A stretch of DNA of 64,000 nt from Octopus sinensis (lineage: Eukaryota): NCBI RefSeq assembly GCF_006345805.1, contig NC_042997.1, positions 204,972,001 to 205,036,000 on the forward strand. Direction: 5' to 3'. The notes under the pieces were generated by a model. The model saw only the letters and a list, made by a program, of their open reading frames with translations, did no database searches and had not been told where the DNA came from. A program made the translations under genes and the position numbers. Shown here one piece after another: positions 27,050-43,210 of this stretch (position 1 is the stretch's first letter; every line of letters begins with the position of its first letter).

Positions 27050-27445
27050 AAATTAAGGATAAAATCTTTATAAGAAATTATCAGTAGTTAGCGTGAAAAA
27101 CCTCGAATAGGCAGATTGTAACCGAAATGCATTGCGAATAAGCCCGCCATTTTCATAGATATGTAAAGATAAACATTCGTACATGCTACGACGAATTCTA
27201 CGGTTGGCTGTCGGGTATGCTATATTGTGTTTTTTCCTTACATGTCTTGAGTTCGTTTCACTGAAGAGCATAGAATGCATATTCTGCATTGATTGCGAAA
27301 TCACAGGTGATATGTAACTAAATTCTGTTTTTAAATGACTTGCTTTGAAGTTTTGCATTCGGTACAATTTGTTTATTTTAGTAGTTTTGACTGCAAGTGT
27401 CCATCCTAGCGTGCGGTACCTATGAATAATAGTACCCTCTATATA
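27047..27445 (+). mobile_element. Penelope pLTR/retrozyme-like repeat in (AT)n
   Basis: Non-coding, flanked by AT tracts, and contains a hammerhead motif. Confidence 0.5.
27249..27325 (+). ncRNA. Type I hammerhead ribozyme candidate
   Basis: Stem I GTTTCA/TGTAAC (one mismatch), core CTGAAGA 27261-27267, stem II GCA..TGC, GAAA 27297-27300, stem III ATCA/TGAT, cleavage triplet ATA ending at 27312. Confidence 0.7.
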
Positions 27446-27479
27446 ATATAAATAAATATATATATATAATTTTAAAAAA

Positions 27480-30298
<2,819 letters not shown>

Positions 30299-30309
30299 TA
30301 TATATATAC

Positions 30310-30384
<75 letters not shown>

Positions 30385-30426
30385 TATGGATATATATATA
30401 TATAGGTTTGGATATTTATAAATATA

Positions 30427-30460
<34 letters not shown>

Positions 30461-30462
<2 letters not shown>

Positions 30463-32180
30463 GGATAAGCATGTTAGACGGGTGAAAATATAAAGTATAT
30501 TAAATACATGAAATACAAAAATTGCATATATGTATATCTGACACACAGAATGCAAATGATACAGAGAATTAAAGATGTTGAATAAAGTATTACAAAACCA
30601 ACAGCTGTTTCTGGGGAGTCGGTGGTCCAAAATAATGTTTATAGATTGATTCCATCGTAGAATGAAATGAGCCTCCATCTTCGGCGATGAGATCTTACAT
30701 TTGAGATGTTAAAGGAAAGAAGTTCAAAGATGGAATGAATACGTGGAGAGCTAAGTGTTTTAGAGGGAGAAAATGGGGGAGGTATTCAGATAGGGAATAG
30801 TGAGAGGAGAAAATAAATTTCAAGAGTTAGGGGTTAATAAAGAGACTGGTAGGGAGTAATAGTAGCAGAGGTGGAAGAGAGTAGGGTTGTGTTGGTGGTA
30901 ATTGTTGGGATAGTGAGAAAAGAGAATGGCCATTATTTGGGAGGAGTAAGTTGACTGGTCCAGTGGCTGACGGAGATTACTAAATAGAGAAGTATGAGAG
31001 AAGATAGAGGGAGGTAGATGAGAGTGATGGTGGGAGTTGGTAGTCTATACTCTCCATATTGTCCTATCCAATGCATTCCGTATTGTTCTAGGCTAATGAT
31101 ACATGAAGCCTCATAGTAAAAAGACGTCTCTCTCTCTCTCTTCCAGATCAGTGGCTATCATTGCAATATTAAGATGTTCGCGTTTGTCTGTGTGTCTGTA
31201 TGTATGTATATGTGTGTTGTGAATGTAAGTGTGTGTATGCGCTCGTGTGTGTGCGCATGCGTGCTCAAGCACCTCAGTCTGCTTCCCATTTCCCAGCGTT
31301 TGCTCCCTCCTTGAATCTCTTATATCATTTTTATTCTTACATTTTCCGAAGTCCCGCTATTCTCCATTCGTTTATTCTTTTACTTGTTTCAGCCATGCTG
31401 GAGCACCGCGCTGAAGTGTTTTAGTCGGGCAAATCGATCCCAGGGCTTACATGTTAGTCTGGTGCTTATTTTTTACGGTCTTTTTGCGAAACCATTAAGT
31501 AACGGGGACGGAAACGCACCAACACCGGTTGTCAAACGGTGATGAGGGCACAAACATAGAGCATACATACATACATACATGTTAGGATCCGTTCATCTTA
31601 CTAAAGTTGCAGTGAACATAGTGAAAGCCATAACTAACCTGACTTCATCGAGGGCCGCCATCTTGAAATTAAACACAAACAGTGACTGTATTATCATTGG
31701 CAGAATACAGTATGGCAAAGGCATATTCCAAGGGGACAGCCTCTCTGTGATGTTGTTTATACTTTCTGAAAACCCCTTGTCATTCATGTTAAGGAAGTCT
31801 GAGGAATATCTCACTGGTTCACAAGGAAACAGACATGCCAAAACTACACACTGTTTCTTTGTGGTTGGTTTCAAACTATATGCCATGAATGTGTATGAGA
31901 TGAAAAAAAAGCCTTGGCCTAGTTACGACATTCTCAAAGGAAGTAGGGTTGGAGTTTGGTCAGGATAAATTTTATAAGGTTGTGAAAAGGGGTAAAACTA
32001 TAAACCAGACCAACAACATCTCCGTCAATGATTTAATTGATTCCTCTATATCTGATGAGGAATATTACTGATATCTGGAGGTGCATGAATACATATCTTA
32101 TATTGGCATCTGTAACAAAACACATGCCACAAAAGACTATCACAGCCAAATAAAGAAAATTTGAACCTCAGAACTCTCTG
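30461..32180 (+). repeat. Composite block with an inverted near-identical copy at 52451-54173
   Basis: The pLTR-like repeat, SINE piece and LINE fragment occur in the same order with the same junctions in both copies. Confidence 0.9.
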
Positions 32181-33550
32181 TACCTTCAATAAAACAGCAG
32201 TGCGGAGTGCAGTGTCAGTGTTCATACGAACATTTGGGATGCTTGATTGGACGCTTGATGAGATCCGAACCATTGATGTGAAAACCCGGAAGTTACAAAC
32301 AAACACAAAATTTCCACATAAACAGTGACGTAGACCACAACTACCTAAAACGAAAAGAGGGCGGTAGAGGCTTACCATCAATTAAAAATGCCTTTAAATG
32401 TTGTATCATATCCCTTCTGCAACATCTTTTAACCACCGAGTGTTGAAGTGCATCCCTTGACCAAGTTTGCTGACATAAGTAAGATACCATCATAAGACTT
32501 GGAAGGCAGTTTCTTGAGCAGCAGCATTCCTTGTCTGAGAACCTTAAATACATACCCAATGAAGTCACACGACTCTACTGCAACGTATCCTCAGGTGAAT
32601 GGAGCATATACGAGCAGAAAACCAAGCATGGATATGTTAGAAGAAAGTTCTGTGGTGATAGTAACATCAATCATCAAAGAAGTCTTTCAAGGACCAATAG
32701 CCGATTACTACCTCCCACTTTGAAGGCATTCTATTCCAGCATTAGCAATCCAGGAATAGGAAATATCAACCAAGTACCTGATTAAAAATGGGATGGAGAT
32801 GCAGGATTAGCAGTAAAATGTGACAACAGATGCAGACTTTATGGAGTTCACACCGAAGATACCGCCCACATCATAATCAGTTGTCCGAAAATGTCATCAC
32901 GGTATTATCTACCAGTGAGACATGATGTATTAGCTACGAGGTCCTCTAATGAAATCCATCGCAAGTATAACTCCGCGACAAAGAAATATAAAGCCACAGT
33001 ATGGTAGAAGCCATTGCCACTCGCAACAATAAAAAGGATACCGGAGGAATATCCCAGTCAAAGCCTTAGTAAAATATAAGCACAACAGACCTGATATAAT
33101 GATTTGGGATTGAGAAGGGAAACTGTGGAAATTAGAGAAGGGAATTGTGGAAATTAGCTGCCCAGCGGATGTTAACATAAAGCTGAAGATCAGTGAAAAA
33201 GAGAACGCCTATGCTGAACTATTGAGAAATCTGCAGTTACTCTATCCAGATTACAAGTTCAGGTTTATACCAGTAATTATTGGGGCACAGGGATATCTAA
33301 CACACTGCCTAAATACAAATCTTGAGAAATTAGGCTTCTCAAAACCAGAAAGGGGAAAGCTAATTCGAAAACTACAGATCCAATCCATCACTGGAACTGT
33401 AAAACATTGTAAAACTCTTCAGCGGTTTATCATTTAAATATTTATGTACATGTCTAGATATGCATGAGAATACATACACAAAACAAAACATACAAATCTG
33501 CACGTATACATACATACATACATACATACATACATACATACATACATACT
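31580..33550 (+). mobile_element. Degenerate RLE LINE with a (TACA)n tail
   Basis: Encodes GIFQGDSLS, NRPDIMIW, EISCPADVN and FIPVIIGA; many stops. Confidence 0.8.
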
Positions 33551-34143
33551 AAAATACCCTGTTGATGTTTTTGGAATTCGAATCTAGGCTTGGTCTATTG
33601 GTAAGAAAACTTTATATAAACTGAATAATGACATACATACATATACGGCGGGTTCCTTTCAGTTTCCGTCCACCAAATGCACCCAGAAGTCTTCGATCGG
33701 ACAGAAGCTATAGTAGAAGACACTATCTTTTCGATATTAACGCTATCTTTTTAACATATATACATACACACACATGCATACACACACATGCATACACACA
33801 CATGCATACACACATACATACATAGGCACCCACACACACATGCGCACAAACAAACAAAGAGGAACGCAGTGTAATTAACGGACAGAGTTAAGACTATTGA
33901 AAATGTTGCCAGACACAACGAATATTTGAGGAAAATAAAAACAAGAAATAAGTGGAAATTTCACCGGTGAGTGTGTTACATTATAAGGCACAAAAACAAA
34001 ATGATTCTCCCTAGACACAACAGAATATGCTTCAACACACAAACTCACATAAAGAATCTTGCAAACCAAAACCAAAATCGAATGATGATGATGATGATGA
34101 TGATAATGATAATAATAATAATAATAATAATATAATAATAATA

Positions 34144-34680
34144 AATGCCCTGATGCAGTAAACCGCAGTGGCTTCAAATGGCTTCTGATCTTAACTGATT
34201 GCAAGTGTTATCATGTACATTGATTTGCCTTGGTATAGAAGAGGGGCTACAGCAAATATTCTGCTCAATACCACAGATTTACTTGTCGGTTGCTTGACCT
34301 TACCCAGTTGGGTATGCCCCTTAGTGGCTGACGATATGTGCTTCTCTGATCACGAGAAGTAGTGTAGAGAGGGATTCTTTGAGATTTGGATAATTCACCC
34401 TTAGAAACATGGGTATTTCGTTCATCATCCTTAAACAAACCTTATTCAGGCAGCTTTTGAGCGGGATGGGTTACTCGACCTGAAGAAAATTCTAACTGAG
34501 CCCCACCTGCAAGGTCATACGTTGTTAATGTTGATATGAGATTACCATGTTGCGCACATGTGGTTGTGATGCGTGTACGTTGTGTACCCTTGTCAGACGG
34601 ATAGTCATGATGTGTATACTGGGCTTCGTATACTTTACCCCAGTGTTACTTTGATGACGTGCACTGCTCGCTCACTCAAT
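34144..34680 (+). mobile_element. ~560-bp (AAT)n-tailed retroposon, copy 2
   Basis: Homologous to 2576-3140; shares a diagnostic internal deletion with the copy at 56522. Confidence 0.8.
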
Positions 34681-34734
34681 AATAAAATAATAATAATAAT
34701 AATATTTAATAATAATAATATAATTAATAATAAA

Positions 34735-35342
34735 ACCAGAAACAATAAAACAAAAATTATCAAAAACATTAATAAAAGAAATATAACAAGTAACTGCAGA
34801 ATATGTGGAGATAGACAAGAAACAATAAACATATTATCTCTGGCTGCCCAGTCCTGGCTAAGAAGGAAATATTTCACAGACATGACAGAGTTGGAACCTA
34901 CATACACTGGAAGCTATGTCAACATTATGAATAACAACAGAAAAAATGGTATAGGCACACACCAGAAAAGGTCACATAAAACGAGAAAGCAACCATACTC
35001 TGGGATATGCCGATACACAGATAGAGAAATTAAGGCCAACAGACCAGATATAGTTGTCAGAGATCATGAAGAAAAAAGGCTTTCTAATTGATGTATCAAT
35101 ACCTGCAGATGACAACGTGTCTCTAAAAGAAATGGAGAAACTTTCAAAATACAAAGACCTGGAAATAGAGGTAACCAGAATGTGGAATCTAAAAACAGAA
35201 ACAATTCCTATCATAGTAGGTGCATTAGGCATGATAAAAAAATATTCAGACAAATACATAACAAAAACACCAGGAGTTACAAACACATATAACATACAGA
35301 AAATTGCACTAATAATAATAATAAATAATAATAATAATAATA

Positions 35343-35409
<67 letters not shown>

Positions 35410-35609
35410 TGCACTACTAGGCACTTGCACACATCCTACGCAGAACACTTTCCATACAATAACCATCAGAGCATCACAACAAATCACAGCACATACCCAA
35501 GGCACACAGAGCTGCGCTCGGTAGTGAAGTGAAAGCACGCTATAAAAAATAAAACTACTGAATAATAATAATAATAATAATGATGATATTGATAATGATA
35601 ATAATAATA

Positions 35610-35660
<51 letters not shown>
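34735..35660 (+). mobile_element. 3' fragment of an R4/Dong-like element (same family as 3145-4860)
   Basis: Nearly identical to 4045-4860, including the imperfect tail pattern. Confidence 0.85.
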
Positions 35661-35661
<1 letters not shown>

Positions 35662-36067
35662 TATTATTATTATTATTATTATGGTAACACCAACATTTTT
35701 TCTTAGCCCCAAGGCACATTCCTAACACGCCAGCTGAGCTTAATTCGTCCTGGTCGAAAGACGCCTGTTCGTGATGTCCTGTTATTGTTATTAATATTAT
35801 TATTATTGTTTTTACGTATTATTATTATTGTTTTCACGTATTATTTTTGTATTCATATTCGTGTAACATCGTCCGTTTTTATGTCCTTGTTTGTATATAT
35901 TCGAAGCTTTCTTCCAAGGAATCTAATGCGGATTAATCAGCCGAAATTGCGAGGATGATCCGGTTCTTGACTGAAGAGTGAAGGTCTCGAATGTCACGTC
36001 CGCGTTTTTAGTGTCGTCATCAAAATGTTTTGCGTTTTTGTCCCAGTTTGTACTTTTTATACATATG

Positions 36068-36141
<74 letters not shown>

Positions 36142-39069
36142 GGACACACAAACACTTATATATAAAAGAGATCTTCACTGTGTGGCATATTTTGCGAACT
36201 TATCATCGGTAGTGATAATGATTAGAAGGAGATAAGCTGTTAGTGAATGGATTTAGTTGCATCAGATACATGGGAGATCTTAATAAGATTGTTGATTCTC
36301 TTAGCTTCAGATTAAGCTGGTCTTTCATAAGAGACATTCCTCCCGTGACTATCCCATACATTTCCTGTGTACAGAGAATCCAGTATCATAATTTCTGATG
36401 TATTAACTTTAGGTTGGCTGAGTTTGATATCAGGGAACATTCTCGGCTACTTCTTGTAGGTGAAGCCTTCTTTATGAACCTTCTTCCATTCTTTTCTGAA
36501 TTCTTGAAACAGTTGATGGAGTTACAGACCAATCAATCAGCTGCTGTCTTACTCACACATTTCTCCATTCTTTTACCAAATTTCAATCTGAGCTCGTTTC
36601 TCATGCTTCTTCTTTGTCATTTTTATTTGGCATCTGAAGATGAATTTGGACATGACTGTCAGAGAAGTGCTTACACAGACAAGATTTTTTGAGTTTTCTA
36701 GTGTTAAAAATAACATTTTGGAAAATCCAATTTACTAAAAGTAATAAGCCTATTTAAATGTGCAGGGGTGACTAAAGCTTCTCAGGTTACTGTGCATGCA
36801 TGTATAAAACTGGGTTATCCGCATGAATGATGTTAATGCATTCTTTACAGATATAGATTTACAATTTTACGCATATATTTATATATTTCACACACACAAG
36901 AAATAGTTTACTCCGGTTCAGGCATAGTTCTGATAATACAGTCTGTCTACCACAACTTGGGTTCTGTTTTGATCAGGAAAGCTCAGAGGAAGGTTGTTTT
37001 TTGTTTGAGAAGTATTATTGATGCTTTTAAGAAATTGGCTTACTTTTTGTTTCCCAGTATTTGTTGTACGTATATCATTGAAATCGAGAGACTCGCAAAA
37101 GGTAAGAGAATTATTATTTTCTTGGTTTAGCAACATGTCAGTGTTGTGGGAGTAGATCCATGATACAAGACATTCTAACCTTGACCACCACCCTCTCTAT
37201 TCATATGCATTGTCCACCAATGTATTTCCTTTCTAAGAATTGAAGGAAGGATTTGAGAGATATTTGGCTGTTGTTTTTAGTATTTTGTTTTCTTTGGAGG
37301 AGTTCACAGTGAGACGAGGTGTCTGTCTGAGGATAGACCATGAATCAATCGGGTTTTCTTTTTTCTCTCTGGGGTTGGAATCCCTATAAATGCTGTTGCC
37401 TTTCCTTTCCTGTTTGTTATTGTTATTTTTGTTGTTTAACAACTTTTCTTCCAGAAGAAGTCTCTGTCTTCTCGGGAAGAAGTTTCTGTGATGTTCATAA
37501 CTCCTCCCCTGACTACTGTCACTACTATTACAACTTCTATAATAACCGTTGCGGTTGTGCCTGCTATTTGCCATAGTCATAGTAGAGGGACAATGGTCAG
37601 TTATTTTAGCTTGTGACGTAGTTTAGCTGGTAGGCTGTATAGTATTTGTTGTAATGTTATTAACTGCGAAACCACATAGGGGTTCCAAAATCGTCCACGT
37701 TTTCGTTTATATTGTTTGAGAGAAGCTTAATTCCAGATCTTTCCCAAAATATATCCTTCATTCAAAATTATACTGAAACTGTGTATTTTAAACAATAGTC
37801 CTGATTATTCTATATTTAATTTTTTACAAAAGAAAGACAAAGAAAAGAAACATCGGAAAAATAAGAGAAACGTAAAAGAAAGAACGAGAGAAAAACCATC
37901 AATGCAGCACCAATTGATTCAGTTGGTCGCACACGACAAGGCCCAACGGAACAAACTGATGTAAGCCAGAAAGTCGTAACATTATCAGGATCGAAGGCGA
38001 GGCTAAGGCGTCGGAAAAGCCAAACGCCATCACAGGCATCACCCGACGCCTCGGTAAGCGAGCTGCCAACGATGACAAGAACTTCGTTGTTAGCGGTTCA
38101 CTTCCTTCAAACATCTCAAACGCCATAAGTTGGAAGAGACAGTTCAATGTCAGTTCCCGATATTTCAAGGTTTTGTTCCGTTCGGCTACAAACTTCCTTC
38201 CTACGTCCCACAACGTTGCTTGTTGGCGTAATTGTTTCGCTGTGAAATAATTTAGTTGTGGATGCGGATCGTCCATGTACAGTTCCAATCTGATCAAACA
38301 TCCAACGACGGGGTTTTGTTTAGCTCTTCTATAACAATTAATAAATCTGTCCTCAATTCATAAATCCAAGAAAACAAAATGAGTTTTGTGGTTACGGTTT
38401 CTTCTCTAACTACAGCTAGAAAGAATCTGTTTATCTGTTGAGCTGTTGTTTTTGTTCTGTTCCTTGGTTGTGTTGTTGTTGATGTTGTGTCCAGCCATGT
38501 TGTTTGTAGTAAATCTCTGCATGCTAAATTCAAGTTTCAGTCGAAAATCAATACAATCTTTAATAAAAGGCTCCTTCAGTTAATTCTTCTGAAGATTAAC
38601 CAGTTATTTAACAGGGATTCAAAGATGGAGATAGTATTCATCGTATCTTCCATAAATAGTCTTCCATACTAAATACGTGACATGTCACTTCAAGCCAATC
38701 TGTCTGTCTGTCTGTCTGTCTGTCTGTATGTATGTATGTATGCATGCATGCATGCATGTATGCATGCATGAATGTATGTATGTATGTATGTATGTATGTA
38801 TGTATGTATGTATGTCATTGTTCAGTTTTATTTCAAGATTCCTTGCCAATAGAGCAAGAACCGGTTTGTAACCTAGATCCAAGGCTCTTTCAATAGAAAT
38901 TGAACAATAGCAACAGGATGTTTTGTATGTGTGTATGAATGTATGTATGTATGTATGTATTTATTTATGTAGATATGCATGTATGTGTGCATGTATGTAT
39001 GTATTTATTTATGTATGTACGTATGTATGAATGTGTGTGTGAAGATCTGTATTTTTGTATGTTTTTATG

Positions 39070-40875
39070 TTTTCTCATGCATATAGTTACATATCTAGAC
39101 ATACTCATATATATTTAAATGATAAACTTCTGGAAAGTTTTACAGATTTTTACAGTTCCAGTGATGGATTGGATCTGTAATCTTCGAATTAGCTTTCTCC
39201 TTTCTGGTTTTGAGAAGCCTAATTTCTCAAAATTGGTATTTAGGCAGTGTGTTATATATCCCTGTGCCCCAATAATTACAGGTATAAACCTGAACTTGTA
39301 ATCTGGATAGAGCAACATCATATTTCTCAATAGTTCAGCAGAGGTTTTCTCTCTTTCACTGATCTACCGCTTTATGTTAACATCCGCTGGGCAGCTAATT
39401 TCCACAACTGTGCACAGTTTCTCTTCTCTATCCCAAATCATTATATCAGGTCTGTTGTTCCTATATTTTACTGAGGTCTTCACTGGCACATTCCACCGGT
39501 ATTCCTTTTTATTATGAGTGGCTATGGCATCTACCATATTGTGGATTCTTTTTTCTTTCTTCTTGGGATTATGCTTACCACGGATTTCATTATAGAGTGT
39601 CCTAGTTACAACATCATGTCTCATCGGTAGATAATACCGTGATGACATTTTCGGACAACTGCTTATGATATGGGTGATATCTTCAGTGTGAACTCCACAA
39701 AGTCTGCATCGTTTGCCACATTTGAATGCTTTTTCTGTATCTCCATCTCCTTTGTTCACCAGGTACTTGGTTGATATTTCCTGTTCCTCGATAACAAATG
39801 CATATCCTTCAAAGTGCGAGGTAGTAATCCGGCTATTGGTCCATGATAAACTGCTTTGATGATCGATGCTACTATCATCACAAAGCTTTCTACTATCATA
39901 TCCATGCATGGTCGTCTGCTTACACAGGCTCATCCTTTCATCTGATGAGACGCTGCGGTAGAGTCGTGTGAGTATGTACTTTAGGTTCTCAGACAAGGAA
40001 TGCTGCTCAAGTCTTATGATGTTATCAGCCTCATGTATGCAAACTTGGTCAAGGGATGCATTTCGACACTTGGCGGTTAAAAGATGTTGCCGAAAGGATA
40101 TGATGTGACATCCAAAGGCATTTTGGATCGATGTTAAACCTCTGCCACTTGTTTTCCTTTCAGGTAGAGGCTATCTACGTCACTGTTTATGTGGAAATTA
40201 TGTTTTGTTGTTCATATTTTTCGGGTTTTCACACAAATTGCTAGGATCTCATCAAGCGTCCAATCAAGCATCTCAAATATTGGTACGGGTACTGACACTG
40301 CAAACACATTGTGTTTTATTGAATGCAGATAGATGTGAGGTCCAAATTTTCTTAATTCGGCTGTAATATTCTTTAGTGACACGTGTTTTTTACAGGTGCC
40401 ATTGTAAGATATATTTTCATCCACCCCTAGATACCAGATACAGGGGAAACATTCAAATTATTGACGGAGATGCTACTAGTCTAGTTTATAGCATTCCTCC
40501 TTTTCACAACTATATAACAACATTTATCCTGACCAAAATCTAACCTACATCCTTTGAGGATGTCGTAACTAGCTCAAGGCTCTTTTTCATCTCATGCATA
40601 TTCTTTGCATAACGTTTTAGGTCAGTCACAAAGAAACAGTGTGTAATTCTGATACTTTTGTTTCCCTGTGAACCAGTGAGATATCCTACAGACTTCTTTA
40701 ACATGAATGACATGGGGTTTACAGGAAATATAAAAGATCACAGAAGGCTGTTCCCTTGGAATATGCCTTTGAGACACTGTATTCTATCAGTGATAATACA
40801 GTCACTCTTTGAGTTTAATCTTAAGATGGTGGCCCATGATGAAGTCAGATCAGCTATAGGTTTGACTATTATCAC
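39070..40875 (-). mobile_element. Degenerate RLE LINE associated with (TACA)n
   Basis: Encodes CRLCGVHTEDITHIISSC, RHD, NRPDIMIW and GIFQGNSL; frameshifted. Confidence 0.85.
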
Positions 40876-41689
40876 TGGAACTTTAGCAAGTTGAAGGGTT
40901 TCTGGATCCATGAGTAGGGAACACAGTGAAAGGTTTTCTTGTAATGTAGCCACAATGAAACTAACTTCCTCCTATGCTCTCGTACCTCTGACACCTCAGT
41001 TTTGTTGATTAAAAATTGCTCGGCACATGTATGTATGTACGTATGTATGTATGTATGTATGTATGTATGTATGTATGTATGTATGTATGTATGTATGTAT
41101 GTGTAGCAGGAATCACTACATCCAATGCCACGGTTCTGACCAATCGAGACGTCGCCAAGAACTGACCTTCTGCAGAGATTCTAGCCTTTCGAGTTGTCTC
41201 TCTGATCTGATTTTTCTCGCTATAAAAGCACCACATCTCAAGCACCCAAGGCAGAGCGCCAGAGCTGTGAGACAGAGAACAGACAACGCTATTAGCTGCC
41301 ACACATAGTCCTGAGGAGATCACATGCAGAGAACACTGAAAGAATGGCCTACCTAAGAGATGACCTGTTCATTTCACGAAATAACTTCGTAAATATAAAC
41401 TTTTCTGCAAAAAGCTAAGAGTAAAATATGTTTAATATGACACATTCTACCAGATTCCGAAGTTTCAAAGTATTTAGTTACAAAAAATTAATTTCTCGAT
41501 CTGCCGTTTAAATGGAAAAGTTCCTAGCTTAATATTAGGTTGTTTTACATGAATTGTCGTATTTAAAAGCTAACAATAAAATGTTTCAGAAATGTTGGAG
41601 AACTGATTCATTTAATCAAAGTATGATCCCTGTTCATTTACCAAAGTTTTGTCTATGTCATATTTTCCATCTTTAAAAAGGGAATCCAT

Positions 41690-42310
41690 CATTTGCTGTT
41701 AAACTGTCCGAATGCTTCAATCACCTCTTCTCTCTTCACGAATGTTTTATTGTTTATGAAATAGGCAATATGCTTAAATAAGTGATGATTAGTTGGAGAG
41801 ATATCAGAGAATGCTGCAAAATCTCATAATTCAGGATTTGCAACATTTGGACCGTAGCTTGTGGAGAGTGAGCACGTGCAATGTCGTGGAGCAAAATTGG
41901 GCCATCTCTCTTCACTATTCTGGGTTGCTTCTTTTTCAAATTCTCACGCATACAATCAATTTCCTAGCAATACGATGTTGTTACCGTTTTCCCTTGTTGC
42001 AAATATGAATAATGAATAACTCCCTTCGCGGACGACCATACAATGACAACCAACTTTTTAGGGTGCAATGGTGCGTTTAGGTGACTCTCCTGCATTTAAT
42101 CACTGTCCTGTTCTGCTGTTGTCAATGAGTTTCCATTTGTCATCACAAGGAAGGATTTGATCCAAAAATGGTCTTTTTCTAGTCGGGAAAGCAATAAGAA
42201 GCACATTTAGAGGCTTCTGTTTTTTTTTTTTTTGTTTTCAAATCTCGTTCAGTTGATGTAGAACAAACCTATCTGTTTTCTTGACTTTTCCAATTTTTTA
42301 CAGGTGTCCA
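41690..42310 (-). mobile_element. mariner transposase remnant (catalytic region)
   Basis: Encodes PILLHDIARAH (LLHDNARPH motif) and, upstream, FLDQILPCDDKW (TCDEKW motif). Confidence 0.8.
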
Positions 42311-43172
42311 GAAATTCCCTTTCTACTTAGAGTTTATACTTACGGAAATGGATACACAACGTTTCCTCTTCTTTCTAGTTTATAAAAATTTGATAAATTT
42401 GGTGACTGAGGAGTCCGATCCAAATAAAGAAACGAAAATAAAATTTCAGAATCACCGTTAGATATAGCTGTCTGGTTAAGAATTCGATTTTCAATAATGT
42501 TGCTTTAAATTCGATTATAGTTCATTAGTCTTTGATCATTCTACCATTACTTAAGGACAACCCATGGCTTGTAAGGAAAATCGGGCACGCAAAATCTGTG
42601 CTGGAAAGATTCAAGGGTTTATTTATGAAATCTTCAACACGCGTGGCATAGTTTAGAATGCATTTACATTGAATGACGACATTATGGAATCAAAGACTAT
42701 ACACATCTCCGAATAATTTTAATGGAGCTTATAAAACCTTTGTAGCATTTATGAGTTCATCCGCCTGCCTTGTTCTACTCAATAAGAAACAACTTTCTTT
42801 TAAATTACACACATTATCTAGATTCCTGCATGTGCGGTCTCAGTTCAGATATGATCAGGTTAAGATTCATCTCAAGTTATACACATTTTGATACAATAAT
42901 TTACATTCCTAAATTCGAGTCATAAAAAATCTCTTATTTCTTGCAGCCGGGAAATTCACAAAAATTCATTCGAGTTCAAATTACGAAATATTACAACTAA
43001 AATAGGAACTTGCAAAGCACAAAATACAATATGACCTCTGCTCCGCTGGCCACATTTGTTTTTCTAGTAAATAAATAATAAAATAGATTTACATTCATTT
43101 TTAAGTAAATACTCTTTATTTCAAATATTTACAAAATAACGAAACTAAAATGAATCTTCAATATTTTATGAC

Positions 43173-43200
43173 TTTTATCTATCTTGTTTTTCTCTTACAG
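43173..43200 (+). promoter_or_regulatory. Splice acceptor of a 5' UTR intron, paralog C
   Basis: ...TTTTTCTCTTACAG ends at 43200; the ATG is at 43211. Confidence 0.7.
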
Positions 43201-43210
43201 AAAACGAAAT

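Noticed and set aside
35965-36002. CTGAAGAG...CTCGAATG hammerhead-like string
   Set aside because: The GAAA and stem III are missing, and there is no convincing stem I.
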